Source: Candidatus Altiarchaeales archaeon | GTDB taxonomy: Archaea > Altiarchaeota > Altiarchaeia > IMC4 > SCGC-AAA252-I15 | Direction: 5' to 3' | NCBI GenBank assembly: GCA_014727915.1 | Contig: WJMO01000009.1 | Span: 103,943 to 167,942 of the forward strand | Length of the DNA: 64,000 bases | In this document: piece after piece, positions 17,836-28,101 of the stretch | How positions within the stretch are numbered: the stretch's first letter is position 1 | Layout of the letters: each line of letters begins with the position of its first letter | Notes under the pieces: generated by a model | Databases searched by the model: none | What the model was told of the DNA's origin: nothing | What the model saw: only the letters and a program-made list of their open reading frames with translations | Position numbers and translations under genes: made by a program

Positions 17836-19043
17836 CCTCGTATGGTCCTTTTCAGTATCTCCAGTGCTTCGCACTGGGGTATGCTACCCTCTTCCATGAT
17901 CTCCCTTTCGCTGAAGGATGAGACACTGTCTCCTTCTTTCCTTGTGTCGTATACCGCGTATGGCACGGGTTCGTTGGTGTGTTTCCTCACCTCGATGGGG
18001 GTGGGGTGGTCTGGTATCACGATGAACGCGTAGTCGCCTTCCAACCGGTCGAGCATCCTGCCTATAACCCGCTTGTCGATGTCCTCTATGGCCGTTATTT
18101 TATGCTCGATGTTGCCTTCATGCCCGGATTCGTCGGTGCTCTCAAGGTGTACATAGGTGAAGTCCACTTCCCCGAGGCTTTCGACGGCGGCGTCGGCTTT
18201 GCCCTCATAGTTCGTGTCCAGGTATCCAGTCACCCCCTCCACTTCCAAGACCCTCATTTTGCCTATCTTCCCGAGGCCTTTCAGCAGGTCTACTGCGGAA
18301 ACTAGCGACCCGGTGATGCCGTGGAGGTCCTTGAAGGAGGGCATATCAGGCTTTACTCCCGCACCCCACACCCAGATGCTGTTAGCGGGCTTCTTGCCCT
18401 CTTCCACCCTCTTCCGGTTGACTTCATGGTCTCCCAGGAACTCCCAGGACTCCCTGGTAAGGCGGTTCAGGAGGTCGGCGGTCTTGGAGGCCTCATCCAC
18501 CCTGACTTTGACCATGTTGGCTTCCACGTCTTCGCCGACGAAGTTGTGGGGCATCCGTGTCCTTACCTCGCTGCTAGGCTCCACGCTCTTCCTCAACACG
18601 AGCAGGTTCCTGTATGACACGCCAGGGTAGAATTCGATACCTTCTCCTCCAAGCCTCTCGTTGACTTCCGCGATCAGCTGCCGGCAATCTTCGTTGCTTA
18701 TGTGCCCTGCTGTGAAGTCGTCCATCACCCCGTCCTTCAAAGTCACCAGATTGCACCGCATGGCCACGTCGCCGGGGTTCAGTTCCACTCCGAAGTTGGC
18801 CGCCTCCAGCGGACCCCTGCCTGTGAAGTACTTCCGGGGGTCGAATCCCAGGATGGACATGTTGGCGATGCTGCTATCGTATGGTAGGCCCTCATAGAAT
18901 GTGGTGGCCATCCCGCAAACCCCCTTCGAAGCGATGAGGTCCATGTTCGGGGTTTCAGCTGCCTCCACAGGCGTCTTACCATCCAGCTCCTCAAGAGGCC
19001 GGTCTGCCATCCCGTCCGGCACGACGATAACGTATTTCATCAA
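17832..19043 (-). CDS. apgM: 2,3-bisphosphoglycerate-independent phosphoglycerate mutase (archaeal type)
   Basis: DGMADRP...GKTPVEAA.TPNMD, GRGPLEAA, DESGHEG and PDHPTP...HT..PVP motifs. Confidence 0.93.
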   Translation of the reverse strand: MMKYVIVVPDGMADRPLEELDGKTPVEAAETPNMDLIASKGVCGMATTFYEGLPYDSSIANMSILGFDPRKYFTGRGPLEAANFGVELNPGDVAMRCNLVTLKDGVMDDFTAGHISNEDCRQLIAEVNERLGGEGIEFYPGVSYRNLLVLRKSVEPSSEVRTRMPHNFVGEDVEANMVKVRVDEASKTADLLNRLTRESWEFLGDHEVNRKRVEEGKKPANSIWVWGAGVKPDMPSFKDLHGITGSLVSAVDLLKGLGKIGKMRVLEVEGVTGYLDTNYEGKADAAVESLGEVDFTYVHLESTDESGHEGNIEHKITAIEDIDKRVIGRMLDRLEGDYAFIVIPDHPTPIEVRKHTNEPVPYAVYDTRKEGDSVSSFSEREIMEEGSIPQCEALEILKRTIRG

Positions 19044-19080
19044 CTCTGTTATTACTCCGGTAATGTAAATAAATTATCCT

Positions 19081-19551
19081 ATGGAGTTTAACGTTCGCTT
19101 TTTCGAGCACCGTGACGTGGCGGGCGTCCTGGCGCTCTACCAGAGTGTTGGCTTCTGGTTCGAGGAAGTCGAGGTGAACGAGGAGTTCATAATCTCGTCA
19201 TCCCAGCGTCCGGACTTCAGGTTCATAGTCGCGGAAGATGGCGGGAACCTCCTCGGTTTCATAGGAGCGCTCTACTTCTCGGAAGTGGGAAGGGCGGAGC
19301 TGGGACCCCTGGGGGTTGACGTCGACTTCCACGGCACAGGAGTCGCAAAATCCCTGGTCGAGAGGATGCTCGCTTTCCTCGGTGATAACGGCATACACCG
19401 GCTTACCGTGAAGGTGAAGTCGGGCAACAAGAGGGCTCAGAGGTTCTTCCTAAAGCATGGCTTCTCCACAGAGGCATACCTCCGGAGATACACCCTCAAA
19501 GGGGAGGACGTCGTGCAGATGGTCCATTACCTTAAGAAACCGAAAATATAG
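19081..19551 (+). CDS. GNAT family N-acetyltransferase
   Basis: LGVDVDFHGTGVAKSL acetyl-CoA motif A; N.RAQRFFLKHGF motif B. Confidence 0.9.
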   Translation: MEFNVRFFEHRDVAGVLALYQSVGFWFEEVEVNEEFIISSSQRPDFRFIVAEDGGNLLGFIGALYFSEVGRAELGPLGVDVDFHGTGVAKSLVERMLAFLGDNGIHRLTVKVKSGNKRAQRFFLKHGFSTEAYLRRYTLKGEDVVQMVHYLKKPKI

Positions 19552-19645
19552 TTACCTCTCTGATACCATAACAGTATATATAATATCCAACCCTATGTTT
19601 TGGAGCGTACCTTAATAATATATTAAGCTTCAAATATCATAATTT

Positions 19646-21742
19646 ATGATGGAAAGTAAGTCACGGCTGGTCTTCTCCGTCCTGGTTTTGCTGGTTTTTG
19701 CCACTTTCACAGCGGCTGTGAGGCTGACTGACGTCAGCGTGTCCAATGAGGTGGTGGACTACCAGGGCAAATTCGAGGTGGAGGCCGACTTCAGCGGGGA
19801 CACGTGCAGCGTCGAGGCCTGGTATTTCATAGGCGACTACCGTTTCGCCCGCAAGAACGTCGGCTGCGACCCTTATAACGGCAAGCTGGAGGTTACCTTC
19901 GAGGACGAGGACGACTGGGATAACGTGAAATGCGGCCCTCAGACTGCCACTGTGGAGATATACAACAGTATGGGCCTGCTCTTGGACAATCGCAGCGTGA
20001 ATTTCAGCGTGGGCGTCCTGCCCGTATTGAAGTTCATGCCCTCAAGACCGCTCGCCGAGAAGGAAGTGAGGGTCACACTATTGGATCCTGACACTGGAAA
20101 CCCCCTTAAGAGCCAGGATGTGGAGATAAAGGACAAGTACGGTGGAGAGCCTATCAGCAGGCGGACGGCCAGTGACGGGTCTTTCGTCTTCACACCCGAT
20201 ATCGCGGGCGAGTACACTCTGACGGTCAAGGAGCGGGAGGTCTGCGGGGATGTGACATTCTACGCTAAACGCCCTCTCCTGGCTGACGGACCCCACCCTG
20301 AGAACCCGGTAGTAGACGAGATGGTGTTGATCGCGGTCCCCTCGGGCTCTTCCGTCGGCGTTAAGGTGCTGGACTCGGAAGGCAACCTTTACCTGACAGT
20401 CCCGGTCTCCTACAATGGAGGGGGGAACTTCAGCATAAGCGAGGCGGGCGAGTACACCCTTGTCATAGGCGACCTGAGCACAAAGTACTGGAGCCTAAAC
20501 AAGACCCTCACAGTAACGGACCGGCCAGTGCCGGAGCTGTCGATAAAACCCGACGAACCGGTCGTGGGCAAGCCGATGACCTTCACTGTGACCTCCAGGA
20601 ACGAGCCTCTGGCGGGTGCTGTGGTCACCGTCACCAAACCTGATGGTGTGGCTCGCGAGTACACCACCTCAAGCTATGGTACTGTGAACTATGATGCAGT
20701 CACTTCGACCGGAGAATACAAGGTGGCGGCGACAAAGGACAGGTACTCGGATGTTACCTCCTCCTTCGAAGCCTACCACGCATTTGAGCCGTATCTCGAG
20801 CCTGCCCTCCCCACGGTCAGGGACACCATAGTGCTCACCGTCAACGACCAGAACGGCAATCCAGTGAGCGACGCTTTGGTTGAGATACCCGACACGGAGT
20901 TCATGAGGGTATGTGACGTGGGTGGCAGGGTTAGCTTCAACCTCGAAGAGGCCAAGGAATACACGATAGATATATCCAAGGACCTGTTCTGGGACAAGGA
21001 GATAACGGTCACACCCTACGGGATACTCTCCGTTAAGGCCTCATCCGCGTCTTTAATGCTTGGGGGCAACGTCACATTATTCGCATATGACAGCTACGAG
21101 AACCCCACATCCGCTGATCTTAAGGTTACAGACCCGGACGGCGTCGTTAGATACTACACTGGCTCACAGCAGTTGATAACGCCCGACAAACCCGGCGAGT
21201 ATGTCGTTTCCGGAGAGAAGACCAACCACCTCGGAGCTAACGTGACCTTCACGGTGGAACCATATGCCCTGGACGTTTCAACCTACATGTCCCAGGGGAC
21301 CTATTATGTTAACGTTACACGGGAGGGGGAGCCCATATCCGGCCTTAAGGTGAACGTTAAGATGGAGGAGGTCGACTTGGACGGGAGGACAGACGATGCG
21401 GGAATGGCATCCTTCAAGATAAGCCAGGAGGGCAACCTGACACTCACGGTTAACGTGAACGGAGATAACATTGTCTACGAGGAGAGGATAGTGCGGCAGA
21501 ATGTAGTGCGCTCATATGACCTGGTATATCTCACAGTTCCCCTGGTAATAGTCTTCCTGATAACCTTGTTCGCCATCATAGCCATACAGCTGGGCAGGGC
21601 ATACTTCGGGAAAGAGCTTAAAATGCCTTCCAAAACCGCTAAAACACCCAAGAAGAAGGGGAAGAAGCCCAAGGCAAAGCATGATTCTGTCCTTTTGGGC
21701 GATAAGCCCGAGAAGAAACGCTCACGCCTGTCCGGCATCTGA
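19646..21742 (+). CDS. Cell-surface protein with repeated Ig-like/carboxypeptidase-regulatory-like domains and C-terminal TM
   Basis: Signal peptide; repeated 'P..GA.V.V..PDG...T...G...F.....GEY.V.A.K' units; C-terminal TM and Lys-rich tail ending SRLSGI. Confidence 0.85.
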   Translation: MMESKSRLVFSVLVLLVFATFTAAVRLTDVSVSNEVVDYQGKFEVEADFSGDTCSVEAWYFIGDYRFARKNVGCDPYNGKLEVTFEDEDDWDNVKCGPQTATVEIYNSMGLLLDNRSVNFSVGVLPVLKFMPSRPLAEKEVRVTLLDPDTGNPLKSQDVEIKDKYGGEPISRRTASDGSFVFTPDIAGEYTLTVKEREVCGDVTFYAKRPLLADGPHPENPVVDEMVLIAVPSGSSVGVKVLDSEGNLYLTVPVSYNGGGNFSISEAGEYTLVIGDLSTKYWSLNKTLTVTDRPVPELSIKPDEPVVGKPMTFTVTSRNEPLAGAVVTVTKPDGVAREYTTSSYGTVNYDAVTSTGEYKVAATKDRYSDVTSSFEAYHAFEPYLEPALPTVRDTIVLTVNDQNGNPVSDALVEIPDTEFMRVCDVGGRVSFNLEEAKEYTIDISKDLFWDKEITVTPYGILSVKASSASLMLGGNVTLFAYDSYENPTSADLKVTDPDGVVRYYTGSQQLITPDKPGEYVVSGEKTNHLGANVTFTVEPYALDVSTYMSQGTYYVNVTREGEPISGLKVNVKMEEVDLDGRTDDAGMASFKISQEGNLTLTVNVNGDNIVYEERIVRQNVVRSYDLVYLTVPLVIVFLITLFAIIAIQLGRAYFGKELKMPSKTAKTPKKKGKKPKAKHDSVLLGDKPEKKRSRLSGI

Positions 21743-21823
21743 TGCGGTGGACTTGGACCTGCCCTCTTACAGGTTTTTATTGTTCTATTATCAATTACTT
21801 TTAAACTTTATCAAGGTGTTTTT

Positions 21824-23968
21824 ATGGCTTTACGTGTGTCGGATCTTAGGGTTTCAAACATGTTGTGTGTGCTCGCTTTCTTACTGGTTATGTCCTCAGC
21901 GGCATCTGCCGTCAGCATAGACCGGATGGACGTCAGCGTCCCCAACAGCATAGATGCTGGGGAGTCCTTTGACGTGGACATAACCTTCAAGGACCCCACA
22001 GAGAATGAGACGGTGGAAGTGGACATTGAGATCACCGTCGACGGCCTGCTCGTCCACGAGGAAGAGGACCGTTCCATCGACTTGAGAGAGGGAGTTGACA
22101 AGACCATAACGATCAAGTCTTCGGATTTCGACACCGACAACGGCGACATATGGGATGACAACCTCATGGCCTACAAGTGCGCTGACAACCTGGAAGTTGA
22201 AGTTATGGTGTCCGGCGACTTGGACGAGACGGAATCAGACGACATGGACATCGAAGCCGACGGAGACAGGGAACTATCCTTCGAGATCGACCCGGACCCG
22301 TTCTCATTGGACGACACGATAACCATCACAGTATACGACGAGGACGACGACGAGCTTAAGAGCGCCAGTGTGAAGTTCACCTGGATTGACGACGAAGACG
22401 GTGACACCCTTGATGAATGGGATGTGGAGGACAAGTATGAGACAGAGAAGACTGACAGCAACGGAGAAGCGGACTTCAAGCTATACCGGGACTTCGACGA
22501 CAACGCATATGGCAAGTACCAGCTGGACCTCTGGATGGACGGCTACTGCAAGCTAACGGAGACATACGATCTCAGGAACGTGCTGAACGTCAGCGACCCC
22601 ATGCCAGAGAGCCCTAAGGTGGGCGAACAGTTCAAGCTGAAGATAACAACCCCCTCCGGGAAGGCTGCTACCGGAGTGTGGGCTTACCTGAACCCGGGAG
22701 GCTTCAAGTCACGGGTGACCATGGACGGCGAGGTATCATTCACCGTGACCGCCGCCGGCACATACAGCCTGGCAGTTGGTGGCACGGGCTCAGGATACCA
22801 GGAGACCATAAAGACAATAAAAGTATCCACTAAGCCTCAGCTTACTGCGACTGTGTCGCCAGATCCGCAGAACGTGAACAAGGCGGTTCTCATAACCATA
22901 CAGTCCGATGGTAAGGCTGTGAGCGGCGCCTCAGTTAAGGTCATGCGTGCTGGCGGCACCGAACAGTCCCTGCCGGGAGTGACATCCGATGCGGGAACCA
23001 TATCCTTCACGCCGACGGTCGCAGGCGACTACACGGTAAAAGCCTCCAAGTCAGGATACGATGACGTTACCGAGGCCTTCACCATACAGGACAGCTTCCA
23101 AATTGACATGCCAACAGAGGAACTTAAGAGGGGCAGCCAGGTTACATTAACCGTGAAGGACAGCAGCGGCGACACAGTCTCCGGAGCCAGCGTTTCAATA
23201 GAGGGGACGTCCATCTCCGGGATGACTGATGCCGCAGGTCATTTCTCCTTCACATTGGATGAGGTTGGAGAGTATTATGTGGTCGTTAGGAAGAGCGGCT
23301 TCGCCGGCGCACGCGAGGAGTTGACCGCCAAGGGCAAACTATCGCTCAAACTCGACAAGAAAGAGCTCACACTTGGAGAGTCCGTTAAGATGACTGTGGT
23401 GGACTCAGAGGGGGCGTTGACAGAGTCTTCAATAAAAGTCACAGGCCCCGCCGGCGCCGAGACCTTCACTGCCTCGGAACTGGACTATAAGCCCTCGAAG
23501 GCGGGCGAACACACGGTTGAAGCTTCGAAGTCCGGATACGCTAAAGCTTCGGATACGCTTAATGTCAAGCCCAAGCCCCTGACCCTAACCTACCATTTCA
23601 AGGATGGGAACCTGCTCATGAACGCGTCCACCAACAACGAACCCGTAGCCGGGATAACCCTAAAGGTAACTGCGGGCGAGACGACCTACAACGTCAAAAC
23701 AGACGATGCGGGCGTGGCCTCGGTGGTTGCGAACCTGACCGGCAACTACACGATCGAAGTCACCAACCCGGACTACACGGGAGCCAAGGTAACAGCAGAG
23801 AAATCTTCGTCGCTGATATCCCCCGACCTGATACTGCCCATCATAGTCGTGCTGGTGGTGCTGGTGCTGATAGTCATATTCGTCATTGTGGCAGTCGGCC
23901 TATTGCACAAGGGCAGGAAGTCGAAGGGTTCCTTCGGGAGATCACCGGGTTCGCGGCTTGGAGGTTAG
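21824..23968 (+). CDS. Paralogous cell-surface Ig-like repeat protein with acidic N-terminal region
   Basis: Same repeat pattern (VSGASV...TD.AG...F...GEY.V...KSG); C-terminal TM; tail ending SRLGG. Confidence 0.85.
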   Translation: MALRVSDLRVSNMLCVLAFLLVMSSAASAVSIDRMDVSVPNSIDAGESFDVDITFKDPTENETVEVDIEITVDGLLVHEEEDRSIDLREGVDKTITIKSSDFDTDNGDIWDDNLMAYKCADNLEVEVMVSGDLDETESDDMDIEADGDRELSFEIDPDPFSLDDTITITVYDEDDDELKSASVKFTWIDDEDGDTLDEWDVEDKYETEKTDSNGEADFKLYRDFDDNAYGKYQLDLWMDGYCKLTETYDLRNVLNVSDPMPESPKVGEQFKLKITTPSGKAATGVWAYLNPGGFKSRVTMDGEVSFTVTAAGTYSLAVGGTGSGYQETIKTIKVSTKPQLTATVSPDPQNVNKAVLITIQSDGKAVSGASVKVMRAGGTEQSLPGVTSDAGTISFTPTVAGDYTVKASKSGYDDVTEAFTIQDSFQIDMPTEELKRGSQVTLTVKDSSGDTVSGASVSIEGTSISGMTDAAGHFSFTLDEVGEYYVVVRKSGFAGAREELTAKGKLSLKLDKKELTLGESVKMTVVDSEGALTESSIKVTGPAGAETFTASELDYKPSKAGEHTVEASKSGYAKASDTLNVKPKPLTLTYHFKDGNLLMNASTNNEPVAGITLKVTAGETTYNVKTDDAGVASVVANLTGNYTIEVTNPDYTGAKVTAEKSSSLISPDLILPIIVVLVVLVLIVIFVIVAVGLLHKGRKSKGSFGRSPGSRLGG

Positions 23969-23971
23969 AAC

Positions 23972-25045
23972 TTGCAACTGACCACAAACGTCCTAGGATC
24001 CTTCGTATTGCATAAGGGGAAGGTAATAAAGCAGAGGCTGTTCAAAGGCGGCGTGGAAGACATAGCCTCTAAGCTTAGGGATACGGAGGGCTCATATTGT
24101 GCGGAGGAATCCGAACTCCTCGAAGAGCTCATCGAAACAGGCAACAAACGCATACACGTGGATAACCCCTCCCGTTTCCAGGGTTCCGGCTTGGATGCGG
24201 TATTCCTGGATTCTGAGGAACGCTTTCCAGTGCACAGGTTCGCGTCGGAGCTCGGGCTCGAAAGGAGGGATGTAGACTCGCTGATAAGGAAGGTAAACCG
24301 GGCGTTGACCCGAGAGCGGCTGAAGGAAGTGGAACGAGACCAGATACTCATCCAGGCCGTCAACAGCCTGGACGACATCGACGAGGCGGTCAACCGGCTG
24401 ATAGAGAGGCTGAGGGAATGGTACAGCCTGCACTTCCCCGAGTTGGACGACCTGGTTTCCTCGCATGAGGCCTACGCCAACCTAGTATCCGAAGTAGGAT
24501 TCAGAAGCGCATACCCCTCCGCGAAAACGGGCTTCGACCCAGACTTCACCGATAAGATAGTGAAAGCGTCAGAGGACTCGCTTGGCGTGGACCTAACAGA
24601 AGAGGACCTGAAAGCCATAAGGGCGTTCACCCGCCCCATAATGGAACTTCACAAGTCTAAACTGTCAATAGAAGAATACGTGACTTCCCTGATGGATGAG
24701 ATCGCCCCTAACATATCCGCCCTCGCAGGGCCCCTTCTGGGAGCCCGGCTGATAGCGATGGCGCACAGCCTCAAGCGATTGTCAACACTGCCTGCGGGCA
24801 CGATACAGATACTCGGGGCAGAGGATGCGTTCTTCAGGTTCATGAAGACCGGCAGGAAACCGCCGAAACACGGGATAATATTCCAGTACCCTGCGATCCG
24901 CGGGGCCAAGAAGAACGTCCGCGGAAAGCTGGCCCGCACGTTCGCAGCCAAGATAGCTTTGGCCTCGCGCGCCGACGCCTACAAGGGGGAGTTCATAGGC
25001 GACAAGCTGAAGAAAGACTTTGAGAAAAGGGTGAAATCACTATAG
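23972..25045 (+). CDS. nop5: Box C/D sRNP protein Nop5 (Nop56/58)
   Basis: LREWYSLHFPEL, APNISALAGPLLGARLI, PAGTIQILGAE, PPKHGIIFQ, RGKLAR..AAKIALASRAD; TTG start. Confidence 0.95.
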   Translation: MQLTTNVLGSFVLHKGKVIKQRLFKGGVEDIASKLRDTEGSYCAEESELLEELIETGNKRIHVDNPSRFQGSGLDAVFLDSEERFPVHRFASELGLERRDVDSLIRKVNRALTRERLKEVERDQILIQAVNSLDDIDEAVNRLIERLREWYSLHFPELDDLVSSHEAYANLVSEVGFRSAYPSAKTGFDPDFTDKIVKASEDSLGVDLTEEDLKAIRAFTRPIMELHKSKLSIEEYVTSLMDEIAPNISALAGPLLGARLIAMAHSLKRLSTLPAGTIQILGAEDAFFRFMKTGRKPPKHGIIFQYPAIRGAKKNVRGKLARTFAAKIALASRADAYKGEFIGDKLKKDFEKRVKSL

Positions 25046-25051
25046 GGTAAA

Positions 25052-26389
25052 CTAGTCTCCGCCCCAGTACTCCCTCTCCAGGACCCTGCTCATGTTGTCC
25101 AGCCTCTCCATCGCGTCTTTTCTGTCTGCTTCACTATCGATCCTGAATCTCATGTACATCCTGCCGTCTGTGCCTGTTGTCTTCCGGTGGGTGTCGAGTA
25201 TGTGGCTCCAGTCCGGGGGGAACCATCCTCCGACATCGCATCTTCCGAGGTCCATGGGGTTGGCTGCCACGTTGTTGAACACCTCAAAGGTGTAGCAGTA
25301 GGGTTCGAACGGCTTCAGGAACCGGTCGTGTGCGAATATGCTCTGGCTCCTGTCTTTAGGGTCGTTTGGGATTCCAAGACTCGTGTACAGGTATCCCTCC
25401 TCTCCTACTACAGTCTCATCCGGTCTATCCCGCCTGAAAAAGGGTATCCCCATGCCCAAGGGAGTGGATCCCCTGGCAAGCGAGTACTCCGGCTTCTGCA
25501 CGTATCCTAGCAGCGAGTCGGGGCAGTAAATCCTATCACTCCTAACGTCCAATATGTTGCTGTATAATATGTCTCCCGCTTCGGCTAGAACCTCCTCTGC
25601 CGGCCTCCCAGTGCCGGTGGCCATCTTTTCGAACTGGGCTCTTATGATCCTGCACTTCTCGAACCTGCTTATCCGTACCGTTCCGAAGGAGGTCAACTGC
25701 TCCTCCCGTCCCCAATCCACACCATGAGATTCCACTATCCCCCGGTGGCCTTCCTCGGCGTCTCCGACGTAAACCCTGTGCCTCCGGTGATCGACACACC
25801 ATGAGAAAACGTCCTCCTCATCTATAAGCCCCTCCATGGCAGTCCTTGGGGATACCACTGAAGCGTCACCTGGCACCCCTATCTTCTTAAGACTCCTAAC
25901 GACCGAGTCTTCGATATACCTTGAGCTGCTACCAAACTTACTGCGCTTAAGCTCTTCCGTTTTTTCGGTTCCCAACCTGCCTATCTCAATGACTGCACTG
26001 GATTCGCCCTCTCCCCCCGGCCTGACAGAACCGAACCCATACTCCCTACACCCGCCGTCCGCTACGTGGAATCCTGCGACAGACTCTGGGTCCTGGATGG
26101 CGCCTTCTTCAATCCCATAGTGTGTTATCTGGCCCATCCCCGGCGAGACCATGAAGAACCTGAAGCCCTTACCGGACTCCAGCAGCCTGCCTACTGCCCG
26201 GATGAAAGACTGCCTGTCGCCTGTGACCTCTCCTTCTCCACCTGCAAACCTGCCCGATAATCTGCTCACCAACACAACCTTTTCCGTTCCAAGGTCTCCC
26301 GGGGGTGATAGCTTCTCAGGCGGTAATACTGTATCGGGCTGATGCTGTTGGGGCGGCTTACCCCTCTCCTCATCCCCCTTGCCTGTCAT
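25052..26389 (-). CDS. Hypothetical protein (orphan)
   Basis: Long ORF; likely start MTGKGDEERGKPPQQ; no recognisable motif. Confidence 0.75.
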   Translation of the reverse strand: MTGKGDEERGKPPQQHQPDTVLPPEKLSPPGDLGTEKVVLVSRLSGRFAGGEGEVTGDRQSFIRAVGRLLESGKGFRFFMVSPGMGQITHYGIEEGAIQDPESVAGFHVADGGCREYGFGSVRPGGEGESSAVIEIGRLGTEKTEELKRSKFGSSSRYIEDSVVRSLKKIGVPGDASVVSPRTAMEGLIDEEDVFSWCVDHRRHRVYVGDAEEGHRGIVESHGVDWGREEQLTSFGTVRISRFEKCRIIRAQFEKMATGTGRPAEEVLAEAGDILYSNILDVRSDRIYCPDSLLGYVQKPEYSLARGSTPLGMGIPFFRRDRPDETVVGEEGYLYTSLGIPNDPKDRSQSIFAHDRFLKPFEPYCYTFEVFNNVAANPMDLGRCDVGGWFPPDWSHILDTHRKTTGTDGRMYMRFRIDSEADRKDAMERLDNMSRVLEREYWGGD

Positions 26390-26453
26390 AGTATGAATAA
26401 TTGGGCAAAACACCCTTAAATCGTATTTAAACAATGGTTACTCATATGTTACC

Positions 26454-28055
26454 ATGGCGGGTTTGAAGGCTCTGACCCCAATTGCCGTTGCTTTTGCGTG
26501 TCTCGCCCTTCTCTTCATATTCCTTGACGGCGGTGTTGACACCATCGAGCCCCAGTTCACAGGATCAGGAGAACCGTATGGTGAAACGACCACCACCACG
26601 ACCCTATTGTGCGTGCCATGGACTGAAGAGGACGGACAGGACTGGGAGCCTGCCTTCTGCGGGCACCCCGAAACCGACCACGTCGACCACATGTGCAAGA
26701 TCTGCGACTGGACCGGCGCGTGCATAGAGAACTTCGTGATGCCATGCGACCCTGAGAAGACATGCTCCATCTGCTACAACGGCGTCTGCGACTATGAGCT
26801 GGCCAACGGGGACCCATGCGGGGAGATGGTAACCGGTGATGAAGCCGACAGGGAATGCTGGGAATGCCAGCACGGCGACTGCGTGTTCGTGGACAACAAA
26901 TCATGCTCTGACGGCTGTGGCATATGCCAGGACGGCTACTGCGACACGGCACTCAAGGAGGGTGACTGGTGCGGGTACAGCGGCGACGCCCTCGTATGCA
27001 GGAAATGCGAGAACGGACAGTGCGTTGAAAACGATGGAGAAGACTGCGGGCCCTGCCGGGATGACGGCACATGGCCTGACTGTGAACGCGACGAGTGCGC
27101 TGTCTGCATAGGCAGCTACTGCGACAAGAGCTACATGGACACCCTGGAATGCGGGCCTTACGGCACGGAATCCTATCCCTGCATGAAATGCGACTTCGGG
27201 GAATGCCAGCCGTCCGAAGCCAACACACCCTGCGGCAACCCCGGCGACTGCAAGGGCTGCGACGGCCAGGGACAGTGCACAGCCAACGCGGCGGAGGGCA
27301 CATCATGCGGATCAGGCCTTGACTATCCTTGCAAGCTCTGCGACAGCGAAGGGAACTGCGATGAAAACGCCCCCGACACCGTCATGTGCGGCCCTGAAGA
27401 CTGCTTCAGATACTGCAACGACGGCACGTGCAGCGGCGAAGCCGTCCAGGAGAGGGACTCATGCGCACCCGACAACAGCATATGCGCCATGTGCGTGGTG
27501 ACAGACCGGTTCGGCGACATGAACTGCATGCAAGCTCCCCCACACTACCCCTGTGGGGTCTGCAAGACATGCGCCTCCGACGGCAACTGCGTCCAAGCCG
27601 AAGAGGGGGCGATCTGCGGCGTTTGCAAGCGCTGCGACGCGGAGGGCAACTGCAACCAACCCAGCGAGAACGGGGACATCTGCGGCGAATGCAAGGTCTG
27701 CCAGAACGGAGCCTGCATCCGGGCAGCGGAAGGTTTCGAATGCGGACCATGCCTCAACTGCGACGCGGAGGGCAACTGCAACCAGCCCAAGCCACTTCAC
27801 GCACCATGCGGAGAGGAAGGGTGCATGAGATGCGACGACCAGGGACAGTGCATCATAGGATTGCTCGGCGGCCCCTGCCCGAACTCCAACCGGGACCCCG
27901 CCTGCAGCATATGCAGGGAAGGCAGGTGCGAGGGATTGGACGGGAACATCTGCGCATGGGCGAGTCCCGCACAGTGCAGATACTGCGTAGAATCCCACTG
28001 CTCAGAATTCCACATATTCACCTGCCCAGCCACCAACCCCTTCCCAACAGTATAA
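26454..28055 (+). CDS. Extremely Cys-rich secreted/membrane-anchored repeat protein
   Basis: N-terminal TM and TTTTT linker, then many C-G-x-C-x2-C-x3/4-G-x-C units; 27 bp exact repeat at 27632-27658/27758-27784. Confidence 0.85.
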   Translation: MAGLKALTPIAVAFACLALLFIFLDGGVDTIEPQFTGSGEPYGETTTTTTLLCVPWTEEDGQDWEPAFCGHPETDHVDHMCKICDWTGACIENFVMPCDPEKTCSICYNGVCDYELANGDPCGEMVTGDEADRECWECQHGDCVFVDNKSCSDGCGICQDGYCDTALKEGDWCGYSGDALVCRKCENGQCVENDGEDCGPCRDDGTWPDCERDECAVCIGSYCDKSYMDTLECGPYGTESYPCMKCDFGECQPSEANTPCGNPGDCKGCDGQGQCTANAAEGTSCGSGLDYPCKLCDSEGNCDENAPDTVMCGPEDCFRYCNDGTCSGEAVQERDSCAPDNSICAMCVVTDRFGDMNCMQAPPHYPCGVCKTCASDGNCVQAEEGAICGVCKRCDAEGNCNQPSENGDICGECKVCQNGACIRAAEGFECGPCLNCDAEGNCNQPKPLHAPCGEEGCMRCDDQGQCIIGLLGGPCPNSNRDPACSICREGRCEGLDGNICAWASPAQCRYCVESHCSEFHIFTCPATNPFPTV

Positions 28056-28101
28056 ACCGAAAAACAGGATCTTCTGTTAAACAGTGTCTAAGAATACTTT
28101 G

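Noticed and set aside
26454-28055. Multiheme cytochrome or polyferredoxin
   Set aside because: No repeated CxxCH or CxxCxxCxxxCP motifs; the spacing fits disulfide-type repeats.
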